A stretch of 63,966 bases of DNA, filler included, from Pelomyxa schiedti (lineage: Eukaryota; Protista; Evosea), in NCBI GenBank assembly GCA_020536535.1. It is 7 parts of 7 records of this genome, joined end to end, with 100 filler letters (N's around TTAATTAATTAA, not from the genome) between each part and the next. Parts side by side here need not be neighbours in the genome. Positions count along the whole stretch, not along the records: positions 14,058 to 36,608 come from JAHLWZ010001065.1; 6 more parts are not named here. One strand, given 5' to 3'. The stretch's first letter is position 1; each line of letters starts with the position of its first letter. The position numbers and the translations under genes are program-made. Shown here in pieces: positions 13,958 through 30,377 of the stretch. Under the pieces are notes generated by a model. The model saw nothing but the letters and a program-made list of their open reading frames with translations, was not told the origin of the DNA and did not search any database.

Positions 13958-14057
13958 NNNNNNNNNNNNNNNNNNNNNNNNNNNNNNNNNNNNNNNNNNN
14001 NTTAATTAATTAANNNNNNNNNNNNNNNNNNNNNNNNNNNNNNNNNNNNNNNNNNNN
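13958..14057. other. Artificial contig linker (N44-TTAATTAATTAA-N44)
   Basis: Identical linkers at 36609-36708, 43886-43985, 47998-48097, 58802-58901 and 62669-62768. TTAATTAATTAA gives stops in all six frames. Confidence 0.98.
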
Positions 14058-14292
14058 CATTATCCTCCTCAGATGAACTGGGTGTGGAAAGAGAATCAAA
14101 GGATGACTTTGGACAAACACTGATAGAATGTCTTGATGTACTTGAACGAAGATAATGGTTATGTTTTGGTGTTGTGTTTTGTTTTGTTGATTGTTTTTTT
14201 AGTTGTGACTGGTGGTTTTGTTTTTTGTGTGTGTTGGCCCTTGTTTGTGAATGTCTTGTTGATGGTTGTGTTGATGGTTTTGTTGTTTGTAT

Positions 14293-14475
14293 TGGTGTTG
14301 CCGCGGGTGTCGCCGCGGGTGTCGCCGCGGGTGTCGCCGCCGGTGTCGCCGCCGGTGTCGCCGCCGGTGTCGCCGCGGGTGTCGTCGCCGGTGTCGTCGC
14401 CGGTGTCGCCGCGGGTGTCGCCACGGGTGTCGCCGCCGGTGTTGGAGTTGCCACAGGTGTTGTTGTGGGTGTGGC
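14293..14475. repeat. 12-bp minisatellite (GCCGCGGGTGTC-type), preceded by GT-rich low-complexity sequence
   Basis: Directly visible tandem 12-mers; they would encode TPAA repeats on the minus strand. Confidence 0.9.
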
Positions 14476-15069
14476 TGTGAGTGTTTGAGTCGCTGCAGGC
14501 ATCACCGCGGGTGTACACCCCCACTTCAGTGTTGGCACTTGCATGAAGGGAGGTGGTGTCAAAGTACGTGTTTCCACCACCCCTCCTGTTGGTTTTCCTT
14601 TTGGACTTCTCACCACCATTTGCCCTGGGGGTGTGAGTGTAGTTGCTGGGGACTTTGTTGCCAGTGTCAGCGTTGTTGCTGCGTGGTTCTTCCCCATCGA
14701 AAAAAACCAAAATGGTTTTTTCTTTGTTGTTGATCCAAGGGATCTGCTTGGACATGGGAGGCTTGGAAGGCCACTTACTGCCATTTTCTCTGTTCTATCA
14801 TGTGTTTACCAGGATGTTAATTGTAGGGTGGCTTTTCCAATCAAAACAAACACACTCATATTTACCACCTTCCTGTGCTGTTCTTCCATCATTGCACAAC
14901 AGGGGACACCTTTTCCTTTTGTGCTAGCCACTTCCCACAGCACTTATGACAGCCGCCCTTGGGGGCGGCTGTTTTGCACGTGGTTTTGATAGGACAGCCG
15001 CCCAAAAAAAATGGGCGGCTGTTTTTACAGGAACTTGACATGCAAAAAAACAGCCGCCCTTTGACCCAG

Positions 15070-15890
15070 ATATGCCTCACATGGATCAGCTGGGCAAGGG
15101 GAAATCCTCTGTCATTCTCCAGTTGGTACATATTAGCATTGACTTTGTCAATGATGACAAAAGGGCCTCAGTGTCACCTCCCCTCCCCCATGTGCCATTT
15201 GAACAGGGAAATCCTAAAAGGGAGAAACATCTCAAAATGCGTCACGGCGATGCCCACCGTGACACATTCTGAGCAGGATTCATCCCAACCTTAAGCCAGA
15301 TGGCACAGGGCCTGTATGCACACTCCAGAAAAAACTGTTGAGTTTTTACATGTTTCGTGATCCACACAAAAGTGTGCGAACAACGTGAGCCACTTTTGTG
15401 TGGTTTCCCCTTTTTCTTTTTCTCTGGCCTCCAGCAGGCACCTTGGGCTTCCCCACATAAAAACACAACTACACACCACATGATTGCAAGATAAAATGGA
15501 AACAAAGTGTTTATTTTTGTTGTTTCTTCTGTTTGTTGTACACAGCCCACTCTCCCCAGTACAACTCACCATTCCAACACTGATTCAAGACCCCATTCTC
15601 ACATTTGGTTGGTCAGTCCCACAAGTGTGATTCAGGAGGGATGGTCCCAAAGCTTGAGACCAATTTCCTTTCAATTTTTATGAAAGGTGTCCAAATTGGT
15701 GAATTGTGAATTTTTTGGCACAAGTGGTAATGTGTTTACATTACATGTTGTAGGCCAGTCCAAAAGGAGTACATGGGACAAAGCAACCAGTGCAACTTGG
15801 GTGAACAGCCAGTGTGATACACAATGCAGCCTCCCACAATTGGATGGTCGTTACCTCTGTGCTTTTCTCACTTGACCTCGTGTCCCTGCC
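15070..15890 (-). mobile_element. Decayed Ty3/gypsy-like LTR retrotransposon integrase remnant
   Basis: The minus strand reads LWEAALC...VHPSCTG...TPFGLAYN, resembling the end of the integrase core. It then reads GPFVIIDKVNANMYQLENDRGFPLAQLIHVRHI, resembling the GPY/F C-terminal domain. Stops and frameshifts interrupt both. Confidence 0.5.
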
Positions 15891-16127
15891 GTCGCCGACG
15901 CGGTGACGCCACCGGCATGGTCTCACCCTTGCCCACAGTTTTTTTGATGAAAATGGGTTTTTCCACTTTGTCTACAGGCCGCCAACAAAACGTTCCTTAA
16001 ACTTTTAAACTCCGCACCTTAAACTCGCGAACAACGTTTCCACAACGTGGCAGAAACTCTATCAAGTGGTCTTATCCCGGAGGAGGGTTGAAGGAATCAT
16101 TCAGATTAATGATTTTTTTAACGAAAG

Positions 16128-17117
16128 ATGGCGACCACACGCGAAGAAGACAGGAGCAGCAGGGGAGTGGTGTCAAAGACGTCATTGGGTGGCTTCATTG
16201 GGACGGAGCATGGCCTTTATGACCTTGAAATTGTGAGTGTTCGTTGTTTGCCCTCGAGGCAGAAGGACTTTCTTTTTTTGACTCTAACGAGGTGGTTGCC
16301 AGTCATGACGGTCTCGTGCTGGCTTCAAGTGTGACTCACAAAACTTTGGGAATGCAGTTCGCCCCTAGGAACACGGCAAATTGTGGGTTCCTGCCAGGAG
16401 AACTGCCTTACTTGGCTAAAATCCTGTGCCCACCAATGACAAAGGTTTGTTCGGCTTGGTGGCTATTATCTCCTTTGTTTCTGCTTATTTATTAGTATTA
16501 GGCTTCTGCCGCTTTTGAAGGGAGTGGGGACTGGCCAGAGGGAACACTTATTGGGAATATATCCTTGGATCCACTTCTGCAAGTATGTGGGTTTTTGGAC
16601 AACAGAGGACTAGTTGACTTCCAGCTTGTTTGCAAAACATGGCGGAACTTCTTTGTGAGCAATGAGCAACAAGTATGCTCAATGACAAAATTTTATTTAG
16701 TAAAACTACTCGTTCATTTAGATATTCTGCTTGGTTTGTTTTCACCATGGAATCAAAGAAGTTTGTGAAAATGTTGACTGGAAAGAACTCTACATTCGGC
16801 ACATCAGAAACAACCTTGAGCATGAAATATCCCTCGTTGCAAAGTTTCCATCCATCAAAGTGAAAGGAAGAAAATACTTCACAACCAAAATATCTGAGGA
16901 ATGGATTCACGGCATTTCAGTATCACTTCATTCTCTTCCATACCAATAAACTCACTCCACAAATAACAAAACAAAAACAATTGCACAGTCCGGACGGCAC
17001 CTCACAGCATGTGCCACATTTGACCGAATTGTCATTCTTCTCATGTCCCATGGGAATCCTGGAACTGCCGTCTGCATTGCCAAGTCCATATGCAACAACC
17101 TTCACATTTTACTTTGA
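16128..17117 (+). CDS. Profilin-like protein with an inserted F-box domain
   Basis: Spliced product: ...LYDLEIVVASHDGLVLASS...FLPGELPYLAKIL | ISLDPLLQVCGFLDNRGLVDFQLVCKTWRNF...DWKELY | SIKVKGRKYFTTKISEEWIHGISSGRHLTACATFDRIVILLMSHGNPGTAVCIAKSICNNLHILL*. Confidence 0.7.
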
Positions 17118-17195
17118 CCCAGAGCAGCACCTTTCGTGTATTTTTTTTGTGTTGAGCTCATCAAGATCATTTTCCCATAAGTGTCAGGAGTAGTG

Positions 17196-18320
17196 ATGAT
17201 GCACCGCAGTTACCTTGAGAACTACCTCGAGAGTGCGGGAGTACCTCCAAAACCAACTTGCAATTTCATAACATAAAACAGGCATTTCGACGTTGCCGGG
17301 GGATGTCGGTCGCAACTTGATGTTGATGAAGGATCTCGACGAAAGAGCCCAACGTTGGTCTTGTTGGTTTACATGTTTTGTTTTTGTTTTTGTTGTTTTT
17401 GTTTATGTTTTGTTTTGTTTTGTTACATAACTTACATTCCCGAACAGAATTGCTGGTGAAAATTGATGCTGGTACACAGGAGCTTGTTAGAAGTGGGTCT
17501 GACACTTCCAATTCTCCGCTTTCCCGTCAGATAAGGTTGTTCTTCGTATATACGTTAGTACTACCAAGCCCAACTCTCTGCATTTGGATAATATAGAGAA
17601 AATTTGAAGTCTGCTCGCCTTTTATCTGATGAGAAAGTGTCACTTGCAACGCAAACATATGAGATGGTACTTTGCGTGCTTCCTAGGATTCTCCTTACAA
17701 TGTAATTAGATTGACAGGAACATCCGACGCCTGGATTCAGAACTTAAGAAATTCGAATCTGAATTAGACTCTATTAGTAATAGAGTCCCCTACATATATA
17801 ATAAGCTTAATAAACTTATAAGTACAGATGCCCACCAACCTCCTGAAGTGGATACTTCTGAGATCAAAGGTGACGGTTCCTCGGAACTTCTACATTACAG
17901 ACCTGAATGAAATTGACAACCCCTCATTATAGGACTGAAAGCAAAAGGCAAAAAGGGACCCGTCCACAAAGCAAGGTATAACCACATCACCGGAATTACC
18001 TTTGACTTACATTAAAGCAGCACTGATGATGACATGGATCCCGAGGATAACGCACAGACTAGGCAGATAGACTTTGACCTACCCGTTGACCCAAATGAGC
18101 CCACCTACTGCCTGTGCCACAGGGTGTCATTTGGTCAGATGGTGTGCTGTGACAACCCGGAGTGTGAAATAGAGTGGTTCCACTTCGAGTGTGTGGGATT
18201 AACCACATCCCCTAAGGTACATGACCCTCCGGAAATCAATTAATGAATATTCTAATATGGTTATAGGGTAAATGGTACTGCCCAAACTGTAAAGCGCTTC
18301 TCCAACGCAAGAAATTCTGA
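17196..18320 (+). CDS. ING: Inhibitor of growth (ING4/5-like) PHD-finger chromatin protein
   Basis: [26 protein letters not shown]; [24 protein letters not shown]; [53 protein letters not shown]. Confidence 0.95.
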
Positions 18321-18548
18321 TTGACACTATTCAACCAAGTCAATGTAAGTGTTAATATATGAATTGCATGTGGAAAAAACCTCGATGTAGAAACTAAACA
18401 ACAGTTGCTACCCTTTGACACTAGTTCCCTGCACCACTTTTCAAAAAAATAATCAAAACCCGGAACGAGATAAGATAAAAAATCCTTGTGGGGCGACACG
18501 CACACGGTGACGACAGATCTGCGGCAAACAGCTACAACAACGCGAGAA

Positions 18549-20014
18549 ATGGCCGACAAGAAACCAAAGTCCACACCCACCGCAAGCGGATCTCCGGCGA
18601 AGAAAAAGACGCCTCAACAGCAACCAGCAAAGTCCGCAGCACAGAAACAGAAACAACCAGGCGGAAAGAAAACGGCACCACCAACAGCGTCTGCAGCGGC
18701 TCCACCAGTGGCGAACGAGCAACCGGGACAGACCCAGCAGGGCCGGCCCGACCACTCGTGCAACGGTAAGTTTCGTACATAGTCCTGAAGTAGCGGGGAG
18801 TATTCGTAACAAATTTACAGTCACATTTTGGCTCTATATACCCAAGGACCGGTGGGTCAACGCTGATCAGATTCTATCGGACAGAGACTTTGCCCAGCAC
18901 CGCGCTGAGCTCCTAAGTGAAATACGCAACATGGCCCCTTCCCAGATAAAGGTTCAACTTACCAAGCCGCTTTGCCAAATAATTCTCAAATATACGCAAA
19001 CAGGGTGGATTCTTTATCACCGTAAACGGGCAACCTTGGAACGGCCCCAACTCAATTAGTGACATTGTCCTGTCATTGAACTGGCTTGTTGCACTAGCCG
19101 ACTTGGTAGAACCTGCAAGGGCCAACCAAATAATACAAGCAATGCAGGACGCACGCCAACAGCAAATCGAACAACGTGCCAGTGGGCCAATCGTTGTTAA
19201 TGATGAAATCAGAGCACGTGTGTGGAGTCAGGGTGATTTGCGAATGTCCCTGAAGAGAGTGATGTTGACAATGGAAGACATTGGAGTTGGAGAAAGCGGA
19301 ACTCGTTTGCCTGAGGTGAAGGTGGACGTTAGGGCATTTATTTCCTACTTCCTGAGAGAATCAAACCGGTGCCAGAAGATGCTTATTGGTATTTTTTTAA
19401 TCCATATTGTATTGGTCTGATTATATTTTTTACAGCACTCGATAGAGGTCTTCAGCAAAAGGAATATCAAACACCGGAGGTGATGAGTGATATTCACCAG
19501 AAGTTGGCTCTCACCCGCACGGTACCTAACTTCTTTTTTAAGATATGTAACTCACTCAACGAAGACATTACAACAAATCTACAACTCTGCTGCAGTACTG
19601 ATTGAAAGACTCCAAGAACTTTGGACACGCTTTGATACAGAGATATGGGCGTCGATAGCCGAGATGGAGTGGCAGTGGGAGAAGGAAAGGCAGAGAGCCA
19701 ACCGGGCAGCCTACGGCGACGACGATGACAGAAGGCCCTCCAGGGGAGCCTACCACCCAAGCCAACAAGGAGCCCAACAGAGCTTAATGGCTCCAGTACC
19801 ACTGCGTACCGCCGCAAGCGTCGTAGCATCCGGAGGCAAAAGCAACACTACTTCCGCATCATCTGCCACAGCTACCACCACAACAGCAAGCTCCCCAGCA
19901 CCAAACCCAGACAAACCCAAGAAGAAAAAGGCCCCCAAGCCCACATTCAACCTCTCCGCTGACGCCTCGTCATTCCCCTCACTAGGCGGTGGCAAGTCCA
20001 AGAAAAGATCATAA
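18549..20014 (+). CDS. Hypothetical protein, multi-exon, with K/Q-rich N-terminus and FNLSADASSFPSL C-terminal motif
   Basis: Consecutive open exons joined by short GT-AG introns; no recognised domain. Confidence 0.65.
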
Positions 20015-20111
20015 CCAACCATCCACCTGACCCCATAAGATCCATGGTGTTTGTTGGACACAAAACGAAACAACCATCACAAATTATTTTCCCCGAAAAT
20101 TTGGCTACGAA

Positions 20112-21581
20112 ATGCACCGGGTGCCCGTGAGAGCACAGCAACGAGGCCCACCACCAAGTTCAACATCACGCAACCACAACCATCACCACCAACAGCACTA
20201 CGCTGACGAGAACCAATACGATCACAGCTACCAGGGCGAGGCGCCGTACGCCGACTACGACGATGAGGATGAGGACGAGTACGAGGGCGAGGACGAGGAA
20301 GCGCTGGAAGAGGCGTGCTCGTTCGTGTATGAAGGTGGTCCCGCGGGGTCAGGCTACCAACAAGGGGACAGAAGGCGCCCCGGCGCCGCCGTCGGTGCAA
20401 GAGACTCCCGGCCCACCCGTGGGCCACCACCGCCGCCCAGCGTCCGTGGCGACGACGATTACGGCAGCAGCCGCGGTGGCCATGATTGTGACGATGATGA
20501 TGACACGGGCAGCCAATGGATTGGCGGCGGCGATCACAATTACGACGACGATGCGGGGGAGGAGGAGGAGGTGGAGGGAGGCGGAGGAGGAGGAGGAGGA
20601 GGGGCCAACGGCGGGAGGATAACCAGGGACGACGTGGTCGGGGAGCTGCGGGTGCTGGGCTACACTGACCTGCCCGACGAGGTCATCGATGACTTTGTGG
20701 CCGAGCTCAACCAGCTCAACTCCATGAGCGGCGGCACCGAGACTAGTGCCCCAGACCACCGCGGCGACAAGGCGCGACACCAGCCCCGCGAGAATCAACC
20801 GCCGGAAGAAGACGAACCGGAACACGAGCCACAGAGCTTCGACGGGGTTTATGATGATGATGACGACGATGAAGATGAAGATGGCGGCGAGGATAGTTAC
20901 ACTCCGGTGGATGAAAACAGCACAGAGGCGCAAAGCACCTTATCTTATGCTAACCAACCCGGCGGAATACACCAGCCGATTATTCACAATCACTACATGC
21001 AGCACTTCCACACGTGCCCGCGGCACACTTGTAACCGTAACACCACAACTCCGCCAGATTATCAACGACAACAACGAGAACAAACCCCTATTCAAAGTCC
21101 CCGTCTCGTAGTTCAGCCGCGGACATCTGTACAATCTGGCGGAGCAACACCGAGATCCTCGCTATCATCCACACAAAGGTCCTCATACAGCAAAGGCAAA
21201 GCCCTATTACTATACTCCTACAAATAAGTGTGGAATTCCGCATCGCTAATACTAACCAATGCCTAAGATTCCACCCGGCCACTGTCCAGAACCGGGCTCT
21301 CTTCCACTTCTTTAGCCAGTACAAGAACAAGCACAAGCACAATTACAACCACCGGCAGTGAATACAGTTACTTTTATGATGGAACCATGCACGCTACACC
21401 CAAGCCGGTTCCGCCATACATTGTACTTTCAGGCAAAGTACAAGCGCGGCCAATGAGGGCCCAACATACCTCAAGTGACCCCGTGTGGATGTACCACAAG
21501 AACAAAGGTGCATGGGACAAGAATAAGTTCCTACAAAGGATGGAGAGAATGCAACTACCAAAGTCATCCTCACTCTACTAA
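20112..21581 (+). CDS. HYLS1: HYLS1-like centriole/basal-body protein
   Basis: ITRDDVVGELRVLGYTDLPDEVIDDFVAELNQL resembles the HYLS1 N-terminal box, and SDPVWMYHKNKGAWDKNKF resembles the HYLS1 C-terminal DPV..Y....W box. Confidence 0.6.
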
Positions 21582-21727
21582 ACATACACACCTAGCCCCG
21601 TTGTAAATAAAACAAAACCAACTATCCACCCTCAGTTTTTGTTGAATTCAAGAAAATCATCACTAGGTGTTCCTCTAAGCCCAAAATTTCGAACTTTCGA
21701 CGAATACAGAGCATCACCACACACCCA

Positions 21728-24700
21728 ATGGACGCACCAGCAACCCACAATGACGACGGGGACGAGAGACAGCCCCTTATCAGCCACCACACCACATCTA
21801 CGTCGGCGCCCACTACAGATGATGCAACCCGTGGCGGTACACACGACGACGTAGCCGACGACCACGACGACGACACCAAGCCACGCAGGCGCCGCCGGCA
21901 CCGCGGCAGCGCCGACCCCGACCCGGACGAGGGCCGCCCCGCCAGGCGCCACAGGGGCCACAGGCACCGCGGGGACAGAGAAGCAGAGGGGGAGGCGGAG
22001 GGAGCCGGCGACGGCGCAGAGGGCGGGGGCGAGGGCGCGGACGACGGAACACATGGCGAGGCGGAGGGGGAGCAGCAGGAGGCCACCCCGCCAGGCAAGA
22101 GCGGGAGCGGGCGAGTCAAGAAGGCCGAGTCGCCGCCGGTGGTGATGATCACTCTGGCCCTCAGCCCCCCTCCCGGCGTCGGGCTCGCGAACCCCCTGCC
22201 GCTGCTGTCCCAGCCGCCCACAGGCGCCTCCCCGGGCGCCTCGCGGTCCCCGTCCCCAGTTCCCCCCGCTTTGCACCCCGCCGCCGCCGCCGCATCGGCT
22301 GCCCCCTCGGCCTCGGCGCCTGAGGAGGACTACGACGCGATCATGCCGTCGTCGCGGGGGGTTGCCGTGGGCACGACGGTGCACCTGAGGCTGCTGACCC
22401 CTAATAAGAACAAGGTCCCGCAGAGCTACTCCCCGGTCAAGTCTTGGTGCTGCCACATGAGGCCCCCCCACGTGACCAGGAACCTGCTGATGGTCAGGTC
22501 CGCCAGTACCATCAACCTCAGCCTGCTGCTCAAGAACCCGCCGGCTCCTGTGCACTCGAGGCCTCAGGATAGCGCTGCCGGCAGCGTTGTTGACCCCGCG
22601 GCTCCGTCTGTGATCGAGGCTGGTGACAGCACTATAACTGTATCTCAGAGCCCAGATACGGGGGCCAGCAGTCATATAGAATCTCCGGGAATCTTTACTG
22701 TACTCAAAACAGACGATATTGTTATACTGCGTGGAGGAATTGACCTAAAGGATGGAGAGCAAGTTGTCAGACTGGCGGCAAGTAAGAGTTGGAGTACCTG
22801 CTTTGGATTCTACAAGGTAGTTTTTTCCCACCATGGCCATTTTTATCCCTCTGATTGGCCTCCTCACAGACAGGAGTTCTCGTTAGATTCGCCAACTCCA
22901 TTGCTCCAGACTCCCCAGAAGCTGACATTATTCTGCATCAGCACCATCACACCGGAAAAGAGTGTGTGGTATCACTAAGATCTGCACTTTACCCAGACAC
23001 ATGGGTTTCATCCCGTTTGGGCTATCAAGGAGCCATTAAAACAACCACAACCCCAGAAGAAGCTGCAATGTTTTGTACGACTAAAGCTCCCTAAAAACTT
23101 AGTCATAATGTATTCAAGATGTAGAATTCAGTGAAACGACAAAAGATGAACTGAAGGCGGCCAGGGACAGTTTTTCACAAGTATCATCCTGGCTAGTCCC
23201 TGGTACTTTCTTCAAAACGTTACTGGGTTTCTGACCATGTTGTAGCTCTTCAGAAGACCTACATAAGTCCAACTCGGTGTATTATCCTGAAGACACTTCG
23301 AGTAATTTCACCCAAATGGAATCACCCTTTACAGCTCTACTTGGAAAACGTTCCTCACTTTCTTGTAACAGAAGAAAAAATGCAGTACTACACCAAAATC
23401 ACATTTACCTCTCACCTTAAATTTACCAAGGGAAGAATGCCTGTGGATATACTGCCTTGAGTTTCTTGAGATGCAACCAGGGCTTTCTTTTTTGCAGGTT
23501 AATTTGGGCTGTGGACAAACCTCTCACCTGATCTGTGACATCCTTTCTGGAGGCGACAGTGAACCTCGTGATTTTTCTTTCACTGCCTGGGATACAAGTG
23601 TCATGTTAGAGGCACTTTTACAGTTAAATCCCTTTTTTTTTTTTGGCTTATCTGTACTAAAACAAACCAGGTATGTTTATCGTCACAAACAAGCTAGAGC
23701 TGGACACATTACTGTCTCTGTTCAAAATTGCTACACGTTTTCCAACAAGTATAAAGCCAGATATGATAGAGTACTGTTGTGCGGCCGTGTAAGTCAGGGG
23801 AGGTTCCATCAAATGACCACTCTTCTGAAACCAGGAGGACTAATGATGGTATCACACAAATGAAACTTTTCACCAAGACAACCTAAGGGATGCTTTGATA
23901 CACTTGCTGGTCCAAATTTATTCTTGGTCAGAAAAACTGTGGAAGGAAGGATCATAAGAGAAATTGTCCCAGTCCCTGGTATCTTATCTCATGAGAAGTC
24001 CACTAAATCATTTTTGAAGCTTTTATACGACTTCAAAGTGTTCTTTTCTTCCCCGAACCCTCTCTTGTCTTCGAGATGAATGACAGGGTAAACCTTTCCA
24101 CCCTTGCCAGACCCTCATTTAGTCATGAGTAGATTTCCCACTTTCACGGGGACCTGACTGATGAAGAAGGTTGCATTCCTTCTTTTTTATGGTTTTATAC
24201 TGAAGACGATAAGAATTAAAGCAATGGCTTTCATATTTTGGAGATGCATATGGAATGGATTTGAGTAAATATGCTGCAAAATTGCTTCGGGAAGGATTCA
24301 CTTTGCCTCTCATCAAAGAAGGTATTACAACACAAATTATCAAAGTTTCACCTTGTTAGGCTGTCTAAGCTTGGATGACTTCTTGCGGATTAATATTCCC
24401 CAAAGTGATATAAGTGGATTAACAAGGGCCTTATCTAAGTATGCTACGTTTATTGTGGACAAAGCTGATGCTGCTGTCGAGGAAATAAAAAGTGTTTTAT
24501 CACAAAAGTATTCGGGGTTTTAATGGTGCTCAAAAGAGAGGTCTGTTTACATTGAAGTATCCATCTTGAAACTCAATATGGATATTGTACGCGTGGATGC
24601 TGTTCAGTCAGAATTCGAAGTTCATCTTCAACTTGTAATATCATATCATGATGACGCCTGTTGGAGGTCTTTCATGGTCTTACCACACGACCAGTTTTTT

Positions 24701-26173
24701 CCCTTTCTGATACTATACAGACAAAAAAAGTAACTGAAGAGGAAAAGAAGCTTATCGCCTTGACGGACTTAACTGTTTTACCAGCCTTTTTCTTCCCTAA
24801 TGCCCGAGGGACGGTAGAAATACTTGGTCAGGTATTATTTGTCTTGGTAATTTCTCTTAACGCATCTTAGAACGCTTGGATTTACCCGAAAACGGGAACA
24901 GTTGAAGTTTCTACACTGTTCTCTGGGATTTTCTTTGAGATTATGGAACTCCAACGTTTCCCTTTTGATCGCCAAGTATGTGAAGTTCATCTTCCCTTAT
25001 TGTAGTAATCGCTTTTTTCCAGTTGCTTCATATTTACATGACTCATGATCAAGATAATCAACACAATGTCACTCTTACGTGGAAAGAGACTAAGTCTCGT
25101 CCAATAACATATTCCAATCAACTAAACCCACTTAGTGACACCGAGATTGCACTGCAATCCAACGATAGAGAGTGGACGGAGGCACACGCATCTGTTGCAT
25201 TCCCGAAGCCGGCGGACAATAAACTGGTTAGTTTTGCCCAGAAATAGCCTCTCCTCCTAACTATTTCAAAACAAGGCATTTCTCGGTAGAGTTGAAAGTA
25301 TGTTGTACTTTTTGTTTCTAAGTTGAATTTGAGTTTAATAACCATCCTCTTCAGGGTCGTCCACTTACTTTATGTGGAATGTCGTATTTGTGGTATACTT
25401 TCCATTTGGAACGAAAATCGTGTTTCACGCACACTAGATGCTGTTAATTATTGCTATGAGTTTCATTTCCTGGTGCCTCGACCCTTCGGAAGGTGGAGAT
25501 AGATTAGGAATCAATCTCACACTGCTACTCACGGCTGTTACATATAAGGTATCTTCGGCAATCACTTTGCTTTCATTATCTCAATTTAAGCCAGTATGTA
25601 ATTGGGGCCTACCTACCAAAGACAGCTTACCTTACCATCTTGGACATTTATGTTCTCACAGCCTTCGTCCTTCTCATAATCATCATTATTGAGAATGGAC
25701 TTGCTGCCTCGTCCTCTGCCGAAACCGCTGCTGACCTAGATAAATGGGCAGAAATTTTTATCATTCCCGTGTGTACCAATCACCCCCACAACGCAACCCA
25801 ACAAAAAACTATAACCCGCAAAAACAATAACCGCTACCAAACAAAACCCTGTATACAAACCCGAAAACCTGAATACTTCCAAAACACTAACGGGGTACAA
25901 TAGATATGGATAGGACTGAACATTCTAATGGTAGCCGGGTGTGTGTTTGGATTCTTCCGGCAAAGCTGGGAGGCCGTTGATGCCGGCCAGGATGAAGCTG
26001 CACCCCCTGATGAACTATCAATGGACGAACTAGCATTGGCCCTCGAAAATGAGGCCGAAAAACCCCTTGACGGGGAAGAGGGCCTGGAATCACAACAGCA
26101 ACCCGACACTGAGGCCCCTGCCACCACCGACAAAGCAACAGGTACCACTACTGCTGCAGCAACAGGCAACTAA
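21728..26173 (+). CDS. Cys-less pentameric ligand-gated ion channel fused to beta-trefoil-like, PCMT-like methyltransferase and SAM-like domains
   Basis: Channel part: PAFFFPNA, MELQRFPFDRQ (Pro-loop), M1 YFMWNVVFVMLLIIAMSFISW, M2 DRLGINLTLLLTAVTY, LPKTAYLTILDIYVL (M3) and M4. Upstream: VSLRSALYPDTWV; LEMQPGLSFLQVNLGCG...YDRVLL...LLKPGG; ELKQWL...LSKYAAKLLREGF. Confidence 0.75.
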
Positions 26174-26399
26174 TTTGGAGAATCACTCTCTGACTCTTGT
26201 ATTCCCATCACATCACATAGTAATAAACCTCAATACCAGTAACTGCTCTTCCACACCACCATTCTCCAGCAACGCGTTCCCCGTCCCATTCTCAGAACCG
26301 CCATCAGAATCTGATAGTTTTTTTTTCCTTATCCATGATTTCGGCAACGCGACTCAATTGCATTCAATTGAACCCGATACACACTACCTATCTAGATAG

Positions 26400-30135
<3,736 letters not shown>

Positions 30136-30377
30136 GAGAATTCTGTGGTGGGGGAACATCGTCCCACAAGTAAGAATTGGGAAGTTTTTCCCTTGTTGAA
30201 AAGGTTATTTTGCTGCTCTGAATTTTGCCCCCACCATCGGATGGTACTGACAACAAAATAACTTGGAGTGACTCGTATGATACTCCTAAAAAAACGGAGA
30301 CACTGACACTTCAAGTTGGAGTGAAGACACAAATTGCTACAATTGTTGGTAATTGGGACCGACACCCTTTGGGGGCT

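Noticed and set aside
13958-14057. Recurrent TTAATTAATTAA palindrome between N runs (6 sites)
   Set aside because: Artificial contig-joining spacer. Adjacency across these linkers has no biological meaning.
20263-22675. Many long overlapping or antisense ORFs in GC-rich first exons
   Set aside because: Expected shadow ORFs from high GC and low complexity; no independent coding evidence.
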